Below are positions 56,971 through 64,000 of a DNA stretch of 64,000 nt, one piece after another. Numbering within the stretch: position 1 is the stretch's first letter; every line of letters starts with the position of its first letter. The stretch is from a bacterium (GTDB lineage: Bacteria > UBA8248). A program made the position numbers and the translations under genes. Where the stretch lies: positions 1,696,001 to 1,760,000 of the forward strand of contig OZ241326.1 in NCBI GenBank assembly GCA_965199855.1, read 5' to 3'. The notes under the pieces were generated by a model. The model made no database searches and had not been told where the DNA came from. It worked only from the letters and a program-made list of their open reading frames with translations.

Positions 56971-58023
56971 ATGAAAGCGGCCCGCATAGCGGTGGTGCGC
57001 GGAGACGGCATAGCGAACGAGGTGATGCCCGAGGCCGAGGAGACGCTGCAGGCGGCGGCCGGGGCGGCTTCCTTTCCGGTGGCGTTTGAATACTTCGACT
57101 GGGGTAGCGAGCGCTACTTGAGAGAGGGCCGGGGGATGCCCGAGGATGGGTGCGAGACGCTCCGGGGGTTTGACGCCGTGTTCCAGGGGGCGATCGGCGA
57201 CCCGCGCGTTCCGGGGTCGATCGTGCAGGAGCAGGTCATTCTGGGCGTCCGCTTCGGCCTCGACCTCTACGCCAACATCCGCCCCTGCCGGCTCTATCAT
57301 GCGGATTTGACGCCGCTCAAGAGCATGGGGGCGGGAGATATCGACCACGTCGTGGTTCGGGAGAACACCGAGGGGCTGTTCGTGAACGTGGGCGGCTTCT
57401 TCAAGCGGGGGACGAAGGACGAGGTCGCCCTTCAGGAGGAGGTTCACACCTACAAGGGGGTGGAGCGCGTCATCCGCGCCTCGTTCGAGTTCGCTAGGCG
57501 GCATGGGAGGCGAAAGGTCACCATGGCGGATAAGGCGAGCGGGCTGCGCTATGCGGGAGGCATCTGGCGCCGCGTGTTCGAGGAGGCGCGGGCGAATTTC
57601 CCCGAAGTCGAATCCGAGGCCACGCACATCGACGCGGTGGCGATGGAGATGATCCGCCGTCCGGCCGAGTTCGACGTCATCGTCACGAACAATATGTTCG
57701 GCGACATCCTGAGCGACGTCGCCTCCGCCCTCGTGGGCGGTCTGGGGCTCGCGGCGTCGGCGAACGTGAACATGGGGGGCGTCTCGATGTTCGAGCCGGT
57801 GCACGGCACGGCCCCCGACATCTGCGGGCGGGGAATCGCCAACCCCATGGCCGCCATCCTGACGGGCGCGCTCCTGCTGGAGCATCTCGGCTGCGGGGCG
57901 GGCGCCGCGTCCATCCGGCGCGCCGTGGAGGAGGCCATCGCGCGCGGGGAGCGCACGCGGGACCTGGGCGGCGCGCTGACCACCAAAGAATGCGGAGACG
58001 CCATACGAAGCAGACTGGCCTAG
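56971..58023 (+). CDS. Isocitrate/isopropylmalate/tartrate dehydrogenase family protein
   Basis: GDGIA.EV, YANIRP, VRENTEG, NMFGDILSD, MFEPVHGTAPDI.G.GIANP. Confidence 0.9.
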   Translation: MKAARIAVVRGDGIANEVMPEAEETLQAAAGAASFPVAFEYFDWGSERYLREGRGMPEDGCETLRGFDAVFQGAIGDPRVPGSIVQEQVILGVRFGLDLYANIRPCRLYHADLTPLKSMGAGDIDHVVVRENTEGLFVNVGGFFKRGTKDEVALQEEVHTYKGVERVIRASFEFARRHGRRKVTMADKASGLRYAGGIWRRVFEEARANFPEVESEATHIDAVAMEMIRRPAEFDVIVTNNMFGDILSDVASALVGGLGLAASANVNMGGVSMFEPVHGTAPDICGRGIANPMAAILTGALLLEHLGCGAGAASIRRAVEEAIARGERTRDLGGALTTKECGDAIRSRLA

Positions 58024-58077
58024 AAATGCTCGCGCCGAATTGCGAAGCGAAAAATGAACCTGGGGGAGGGAGGGAAA

Positions 58078-58437
58078 ATGCCCGAAAAATCAGTCGTGGA
58101 CGTCGAGAAGGCGCCTTTCAGGATCGTCGAGTGGGGGCGGACGAAAATTCTGGTGAGTCCCTATGTGAACGGCTCCGAGCACGTGCGCGTGGGGCTCACC
58201 GAATACCACCCCGACACCCCGCACGAGCCGCACGCCCATCCCGGCCAGGAGGAGGTCATCTGGGTGCTGAGCGGCAGGGGCTACACGCAGACGGGCGAGG
58301 AGAAGATCGACCTCTACCCCGGGGCGGTGGCGTTCATCCCCGCCGGGATGGAGCACAAGACGGCGGCGGTGGAGGAGAAGATGCGGGCGATCATCATCAA
58401 GGGCCCCGTCCGAGACGCCGACGGCGTGATGAGCTAG
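58078..58437 (+). CDS. Cupin domain protein
   Basis: HAHPGQEEVIWVLSGRG and PGAVAFIPAGMEH cupin motifs. Confidence 0.88.
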   Translation: MPEKSVVDVEKAPFRIVEWGRTKILVSPYVNGSEHVRVGLTEYHPDTPHEPHAHPGQEEVIWVLSGRGYTQTGEEKIDLYPGAVAFIPAGMEHKTAAVEEKMRAIIIKGPVRDADGVMS

Positions 58438-58579
58438 GGGGAGGCTTCGTCCCCTATGAGGCCGGCTTCCGCCCGCCGTTTTCGCAGAAGGGGTTTGATT
58501 TTTTCCGTCGCCGCTGGTCGTTTTTTACTCCGCCGCCCCGGCTTTGCAGTAGTGAAGAATGCGTCGGCAGGTTGCCCCA

Positions 58580-59626
58580 TCACGGCGGGAGCAGCATCAC
58601 CCGCTCGCCCTTGACCTCTATCTTCGTCCCGAAGGGTTCGTTCAGCGTCTCCATGACTTCCGTGATTCTGCGGCCCGCGCCCCGTTTCGGGGAATGGATA
58701 CGGGGCTTCGAGAAGACGCCCGCCGTCGCGGGGATGAGATAGGGATCCTCCACGCCCGATTTCGTCAGGACGCAGCCGAAGAGGAAGGTGTCGCGGGTTT
58801 CCTCCGTGAAGAAAGGGATATCGAAGTCGAAGATCAGGTTTCCCATGCTGTAGATGATGGGCGCGCCCTTGTGGAACTCGACCGCCTGGAGGACGTGCGG
58901 GTGGCCGCCCAGCGCCAGATGCGCGCCCGCGTCGATGGAGGCGCGGGCGATTTCGCGCTCGAAGTCCATGACCTCATGCGTCATGCTCACCCCCCAGTGG
59001 TGGTTCACCACCACGACGTCGGCCTTTTTCCGCAAATTCCGGATGTCGCGCTTCATGCGCGCGAGGTGGGCGGGTTCGGCCCAGGTGTCGATTCTGGGGG
59101 CGGTGCCCGGATATTCGGAAAGGTCGCGCCAGGGGCGATAGGCCGTGTGGACGCGCAGGGGGTTCACGCCCGGCGCGGCGGCGGCCGCCTCGAACCCCCG
59201 CGGGATGATGGAGGAATACGCCAGAAAGCCGACCGAGAGGCCCCCGCGCTCGAGGATGACCGGCTTTCTCGCCGCTCGCAGGTTCGCGCCCCCGCCCACG
59301 AGGGGAATTTTCAGAGAATCCATGAGCGCGAGGGTTTCCGCGAAGGCTTCCTCCCCGTAGTCGAGCGCGTGATTGTTGGCGAAGGCCATGGCGTCGAAGC
59401 CCGCCTCGGCGAGGGCCCGGGCCATCTCCGGCGCGCCGCGCAGGAGGATTTTCTCGGGAGCCGGCTTTCCGCCGCGGGAGAGGGGGAGTTCCAGGTTGGC
59501 GAAGGCTATGTCCGCTTCCCGGAAGAGGGGAGCGAGCCCGCCGAAGGCGCCTTTGGCCTCCGCGCGATTGACGGCGATGTCGCCTCCCGCGAGAAGCGTC
59601 GGCCTGCCTGCGGCGCGGGAGGGCAC
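58580..59626 (-). CDS. CapA/PgsA-family metallophosphoesterase-like protein
   Basis: GD, ANLE, ANNHALDYG, HWG, GHPHV.Q, YSMGN. Confidence 0.88.
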   Translation of the reverse strand: MPSRAAGRPTLLAGGDIAVNRAEAKGAFGGLAPLFREADIAFANLELPLSRGGKPAPEKILLRGAPEMARALAEAGFDAMAFANNHALDYGEEAFAETLALMDSLKIPLVGGGANLRAARKPVILERGGLSVGFLAYSSIIPRGFEAAAAAPGVNPLRVHTAYRPWRDLSEYPGTAPRIDTWAEPAHLARMKRDIRNLRKKADVVVVNHHWGVSMTHEVMDFEREIARASIDAGAHLALGGHPHVLQAVEFHKGAPIIYSMGNLIFDFDIPFFTEETRDTFLFGCVLTKSGVEDPYLIPATAGVFSKPRIHSPKRGAGRRITEVMETLNEPFGTKIEVKGERVMLLPP

Positions 59627-59630
59627 GGGG

Positions 59631-60728
59631 CTATTCGGTGAGGCAGAGGCCGTGATCCGGCGTGAAGGAGAGATAGACCTTCTGACCGGGGGCGAGCTGC
59701 TCGAAATGGTCGATTTGCACGCCCACCTCGTGGGGGCCGACCCGGACTTGGCAGTCCAGAAAATTGCCCAGATAGACGGTGTCGATGACCTCGCCCTCCA
59801 TCAGGTTCGACGCCTCGGCCGGCTTTTCGACGTGAAGCAGGATGTCCTCGGGGCGGACGCTCAGGATGATTCTTCCGCCTGCGGGCGCGTCCTCGGCGCC
59901 CGTGGCCCGGAGGCGCAGGGGCGCGCTCTCCCCGCCGAGGGGAATCTCCACGTCCGCCGCGCCCCCGTCCCGGCCGAGCAGCTTTCCCTCCAGGAGGTTC
60001 GCCACTCCGATGAAGTTCGCCACGAAGGCGTTGGTCGGCTCGGCGTAGATGGTCTCCGGGTCGCCGATTTGCTGGATCACGCCCTTGTCCATCACCACCA
60101 CCCTGTCGCTCATGACGAGCGCCTCGGTCTGGTCGTGCGTGACGTAGATCGAGGTGATGCCCATGTCGTGCTGGAGGCGGGTGAGCTCGATGCGCATCTG
60201 CTCGCGCAGTTTGGCGTCAAGGTTGCTCAGGGGCTCGTCGAAGAGCACCACCTTCGGGTTATAGACGATGGCGCGGGCGAGGGCGACGCGCTGGCGCTGG
60301 CCGCCGGAGAGATTGGTGGCGTAGCGCCTGGCGAAGGGAGCCAGCCCCACGAGCCGGAGCGCCTTCGTCGTCTTCTCCTTGATGGCGGCCTTGGATTCGC
60401 GGCGGACGCGCAGGCCGTAGGCCACGTTGTCGAACACCGTCATGTGCGGCCAGACGGCGTAGCTCTGGAACACCATGCCGAGGTTTCTCTCCTCGGGCGT
60501 GAGGAAAATCTCGCCGGCTACGGAGGTGACGTAGTCACCCTCGATCCGGATGTCGCCGCTGTCGGGGTGCTCCAGGCCGGCGATGCACCGCAGCGTCGTG
60601 GTTTTTCCGCAGCCCGAGGGCCCCAGAAGGGTTACGAACTCTCCCTGCTCGACGGAGAGGTCGACGCCCGCCACGGCCACTTCGGGGCCGAACGACTTCA
60701 CCAATTCGCTGATCTCGACGAACGACAC
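59631..60728 (-). CDS. ABC ATP-binding protein (PotA/FbpC-like, TOBE domain)
   Basis: GPSGCGKTT, LSGGQRQR, FDEPLSNLD, YVTHDQ; GTG start 60728. Confidence 0.92.
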   Translation of the reverse strand: MSFVEISELVKSFGPEVAVAGVDLSVEQGEFVTLLGPSGCGKTTTLRCIAGLEHPDSGDIRIEGDYVTSVAGEIFLTPEERNLGMVFQSYAVWPHMTVFDNVAYGLRVRRESKAAIKEKTTKALRLVGLAPFARRYATNLSGGQRQRVALARAIVYNPKVVLFDEPLSNLDAKLREQMRIELTRLQHDMGITSIYVTHDQTEALVMSDRVVVMDKGVIQQIGDPETIYAEPTNAFVANFIGVANLLEGKLLGRDGGAADVEIPLGGESAPLRLRATGAEDAPAGGRIILSVRPEDILLHVEKPAEASNLMEGEVIDTVYLGNFLDCQVRVGPHEVGVQIDHFEQLAPGQKVYLSFTPDHGLCLTE

Positions 60729-60739
60729 CCGGGAGCCTC

Positions 60740-61831
60740 CTACGGCCGGACGGCCAGCGTGTGATCGGGATCCAGACGCACATAGACCTTCTCGCCCACG
60801 CGCAGGCGTTCGCGCGCGTGCGCCAGCACCTTCCACTCGAAATCGCCCCACTTCACCCGGCAGTCGAGGCAGTTGCCCAGAAAGACGGACTGAATCACCT
60901 CGCCCTCGATGCGGGGGCCCTCCCCCGGCTCGCGCGAGGCGTCCACGTTCTCGGGGCGGACGGAGAGGTAGGCGTCGTCGCCCTCCGAGAGGCCGTCGGC
61001 GAGCAGGCATGGCAGGCGCGCGCTTTCGCCGCCCCGGGAGATTTCGATGGCGCCCTCGCCGCCGTTCGGGACGACGCGGCCCTTCGCCAGGTTCGCCACG
61101 CCGATGAAGTCGCTCACGAACCTGTTGACGGGCCGCGCGTAGATGGAATGAGGGTCGCCCGACTGCTCGATGTTCCCCTTGCTCATCACGATGATCTTGT
61201 CGCTCATCACGAGGGCTTCGGCCTGGTCGTGCGTCACGTAGACGGAGGTGATGCCGATTTCGTGCTGAATGCGCTTGAGCTCGACGCGCATCTGCTCCCT
61301 GAGCTTGAGGTCGAGGTTGCTCAGCGGCTCGTCGAAGAGCAGAAGGCGCGGCTGAAATACCATGGCGCGCGCGAGCGCCGCCCTTTGCTGCTGGCCGCCC
61401 GAGAGCTGCGTGGCCATCTTGTCCGCCATGTCGGAGAGGCCGACGATTCTCAGCGCGTCGGCGACGCGGTCGTCGATTTCAGACTGCGCGATGTCGCGTA
61501 TCTCCAGGGGATAGGCGACGTTCTGCGTCACGTTCATGTGCGGCCAGATGGCGTAGCTCTGGAACACCATGCCGATGTCGCGCTTCTCGGGAGCGACGTT
61601 GACGCGCTCGCTCACCGAGGTGACCGGCTCCTCCCCGATGCGGATCTCGCCCGCGTCCGGCTTGTGGAGGCCGGCGATGCACATGAGGGTGGTCGTCTTG
61701 CCGCAGCCCGAGGGGCCGAGCAGGGTGAGGAACTTCCCCTTGGGAATTCCGAAGGAGATGCCGTCCACGGCGCGGTCGTCGCCGAAGTATTTGATGAGGT
61801 TCTCGACTTCGAGATAGTTGGCTTCGTTCAT
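60740..61831 (-). CDS. ABC ATP-binding protein (PotA/FbpC-like, TOBE domain)
   Basis: GPSGCGKTT, LSGGQQQR, FDEPLSNLD, YVTHDQ. Confidence 0.92.
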   Translation of the reverse strand: MNEANYLEVENLIKYFGDDRAVDGISFGIPKGKFLTLLGPSGCGKTTTLMCIAGLHKPDAGEIRIGEEPVTSVSERVNVAPEKRDIGMVFQSYAIWPHMNVTQNVAYPLEIRDIAQSEIDDRVADALRIVGLSDMADKMATQLSGGQQQRAALARAMVFQPRLLLFDEPLSNLDLKLREQMRVELKRIQHEIGITSVYVTHDQAEALVMSDKIIVMSKGNIEQSGDPHSIYARPVNRFVSDFIGVANLAKGRVVPNGGEGAIEISRGGESARLPCLLADGLSEGDDAYLSVRPENVDASREPGEGPRIEGEVIQSVFLGNCLDCRVKWGDFEWKVLAHARERLRVGEKVYVRLDPDHTLAVRP

Positions 61832-61835
61832 CGTC

Positions 61836-63584
61836 CTACGCGGTGAGCGCCTCTTTGCCGGCGACTTTTCGGAAAATGACGACGCATGCCAGCAGCGCGA
61901 CCGTCTGCGCGATGGAAAGGGCGGACGTCATGGGCTCGTTCTCGAAGTTCGAGAGGTAATACACGCCGACGGAGAGCGTCTCCGTGCCGGCGGAGTAGAG
62001 GATGATGGAGATGGAGAGCTCCCGCAGGAAGATGACGAACAGCAGAATCCACCCGGCGAAGATGCCCGGCTTGAGAAGCGGAATGGTGATTCTTCTCAGG
62101 GTCGTGAGCCAGGAGGCGCCCGCCATGCGCGAACTCTGGTCGAGCTCCTCGGAGACGGCCATCATGATGGAGGATATGTTCCTCTGCCCGTAGGGGAAGA
62201 AGCGCGTGATGTAGCCGAGCAGGAGAATCCAGAGCGTGGCGTAGATGGGCGTCTTGATGTAGGTGACGAGAACGCCCATCGCCAGGACGATGCCGGGGAA
62301 GCCGATGGGGATGACGCTCAGAAAATCGAGCGCCCGCGCGCCGAAGCCCTTCGTGCGGTGGATCATGTAGCTCACGACGATGGCCACCACCATGGCGAGG
62401 GAGGCGCCGCCGAACGCGAGGATGAAGCTGTTGATGATGCCGTTGGTGGCCGCCTGGATGCTCTCGGGCCACCAGAAGAAGAGCACCTTCTGGTAGTTCC
62501 AGAAGGTGAGCTCCGACCAGATGATGCGCCCCGACCATATCTTGTGCAGGCTCACGAAGAAAAGGCAGACGATGGGAAGCACCACGGCGACGAACACGTA
62601 GAACAGGTTGTAGGCGAAGGCGAGCCACTTCCATCCGCCCAGGTCGATGAGGTTCGGCCGGAAGCCCTTGCCCGTGACCGTCGTGTAGGAGCGGGGCGCG
62701 ATGATTCTGTGCTGAATCCAGATGAAGAAGGCCGTCGTCGCTCCCACCACCATGCTCATGGCGGAGCCGAGGTAGTGGTTCGCGTCGTCGCCCACCGCCT
62801 TGGTGAAAATCTGCGTGGTCAGCGTCTCCCAGCCGAAGGGGGCGGAGAGCTTGAAGGGGACGCCGAACTCCCCGGCCGTCGTCACGAACACGATGATGGC
62901 GCCCGATAGAATCGCGGGCGTCACCAGGGGCAGCGTGATGGTCATGGTGGTCCGGAACAGGCCGGCGCCCGTCGTCCGCGCGCTGTCCTCGAGCGAGGGG
63001 TCCATGCGCCGGAGCGAACCCACCACGAACAGATAGACGAGGGGGGCGAAGAAGATGCCCGTCACCCAGATGACGCCCCACAGGTTGTTGACGTTGAACA
63101 GGGGGAAGGAGATGCCGAAGGCGGCCTTCGCCATGTTGTTGAGGATGCCGATTTTGGGAGAGGCCAGGTTGTGCCAGGCGATGGCGCCGACGAAGGGACT
63201 CAGGAAGAAGGGAATGAGATTGAAGGGCTCGAGCTTCTCCCTGGCCGGGCAGTTGGTTCGCGCGTTGATCCACGCGAGCGACACGCCCAGGAGCGTGGCC
63301 AGAACCGTGCAGCCCGTGCTGATGATGGCGGTGTTGATGAGCGCCTTGCGGATGACGCGGCCCTTGAATATCTCCCGGTAGTTCTCGAGGCCCCATTCGG
63401 TGTCGAAGCCCAGATCGTCGAGCACGAGAAAACTGTTGATGACGAGCGCGCAAAGGGGCAGGATGACCGCCACCGCCACGATGAGGCCGACGACGGTCGT
63501 GGTGATGTTCTCCTGCGTGAACCAGGCGCGCCAGCGGCTCGGAGGAGAAACCTCGAATCGGGGCGCGGCGGTGTCCGTGGCCAT
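61836..63584 (-). CDS. Fe3+/thiamine-type ABC permease (FbpB-like, two fused TM domains)
   Basis: Two EAA-like loops (LEDSARTTGA, LDQSSRMAGA), VTGKG.RP linker; likely start ATG 63584. Confidence 0.9.
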   Translation of the reverse strand: MATDTAAPRFEVSPPSRWRAWFTQENITTTVVGLIVAVAVILPLCALVINSFLVLDDLGFDTEWGLENYREIFKGRVIRKALINTAIISTGCTVLATLLGVSLAWINARTNCPAREKLEPFNLIPFFLSPFVGAIAWHNLASPKIGILNNMAKAAFGISFPLFNVNNLWGVIWVTGIFFAPLVYLFVVGSLRRMDPSLEDSARTTGAGLFRTTMTITLPLVTPAILSGAIIVFVTTAGEFGVPFKLSAPFGWETLTTQIFTKAVGDDANHYLGSAMSMVVGATTAFFIWIQHRIIAPRSYTTVTGKGFRPNLIDLGGWKWLAFAYNLFYVFVAVVLPIVCLFFVSLHKIWSGRIIWSELTFWNYQKVLFFWWPESIQAATNGIINSFILAFGGASLAMVVAIVVSYMIHRTKGFGARALDFLSVIPIGFPGIVLAMGVLVTYIKTPIYATLWILLLGYITRFFPYGQRNISSIMMAVSEELDQSSRMAGASWLTTLRRITIPLLKPGIFAGWILLFVIFLRELSISIILYSAGTETLSVGVYYLSNFENEPMTSALSIAQTVALLACVVIFRKVAGKEALTA

Positions 63585-63820
63585 GGCCTTCCCGGTCCAA
63601 TCCTCGCGGCGTCGGGCGCCGCCTTCGAGGCCGCTCGTCCCCGGAGCCTGCTCGCGGGGAGAACTCCCGCTTCTGAGAACAGAAAAAAGAAAAATATAAA
63701 TGCGGCGCGTCATCGCGCCCGCGCGCCGCCCCGGGCCTTCCGGGCGTTTATCTCATACGCCCCGGCGGCGGGAGCGCCCCGCCCCGTCAATTTTCGCGCC
63801 TGACGCCTCGCCGCCGGAAA

Positions 63821-63848
63821 GGCGGGAGTCCGGCGAAGGACTCCCGCC
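63821..63848. terminator. Intergenic hairpin after the binding-protein gene
   Basis: GGCGGGAGTCC-ggcgaa-GGACTCCCGCC perfect 11-bp stem; no clear U tract, so it may be an mRNA-stabilising hairpin. Confidence 0.5.
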
Positions 63849-63873
63849 CGTTCCGCGCGGCGGCGATGCCGCT

Positions 63874-64000
63874 CTACTTGAAGCGCTTGATGAAGCCCGC
63901 GCGCACCTTCTTGAACTGCTTCTGCGCGCCCACCCAGTCCTTGAGGCCCAGCAGCTTGTGCTTGCTCAGGTCGAGAAGGTAGGGACGCACCGCCGCGGGC
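63874..64000 (-). CDS. 3' end of a gene, probably the ABC substrate-binding protein (partial)
   Basis: Open frame ...PAAVRPYLLDLSKHKLLGLKDWVGAQKQFKKVRAGFIKRFK* upstream of the permease; product inferred from position. Confidence 0.55.
   Translation of the reverse strand, partial: PAAVRPYLLDLSKHKLLGLKDWVGAQKQFKKVRAGFIKRFK

Noticed and set aside
1-64000. CRISPR array, rRNA, tRNA, transposase, prophage or defence genes
   Set aside because: No regularly spaced repeats, RNA gene signatures or mobile-element proteins were recognised.

Overview
A high-GC bacterial chromosomal window that is densely coding, with about 55 genes. I saw no rRNA, tRNA, CRISPR array, transposase or integrase. All calls come from reading motifs by eye; no searches were run, and family accessions are recalled from memory. 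Left to right: bifunctional rel/spoT and nfi; an orphan membrane-anchored octaheme cytochrome c; an apparent operon of ATP-grasp ligase, DUF1611-like P-loop protein, a second very divergent ATP-grasp protein and an Npt/NTT-like transporter-HEAT-cNMP fusion, divergent from an ATPase-less peptide ABC module coupled to an HDAC-family amidohydrolase; Cys-rich TetR-htrA-copA; flavin reductase and SDR; an unannotated 52-aa Flp-pilin-like ORF; a DUF3090 + SCO1664 kinase-like pair; a repeat lipoprotein; a catabolic block (IMPase, two Ldh_2 enzymes, split SuyAB/UxaA-like lyase, MDR, SDR, Liv-type ABC, triple-RidA protein, SDR, alpha/beta hydrolase); a desaturase with an amphipathic tail; ilvC; a variant cytochrome c maturation System I cluster (CcmE with CxxxF); a third Ldh_2, a beta-decarboxylating dehydrogenase and a cupin; CapA and an Fe3+/polyamine-type ABC system. 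The best candidate for an undescribed system is the double-ATP-grasp / P-loop / NTT-HEAT-cNMP locus at 6263-14033, possibly extending to 18691. Gene content is reminiscent of Nitrospinota/Tectomicrobia-like lineages, but that is only an impression.
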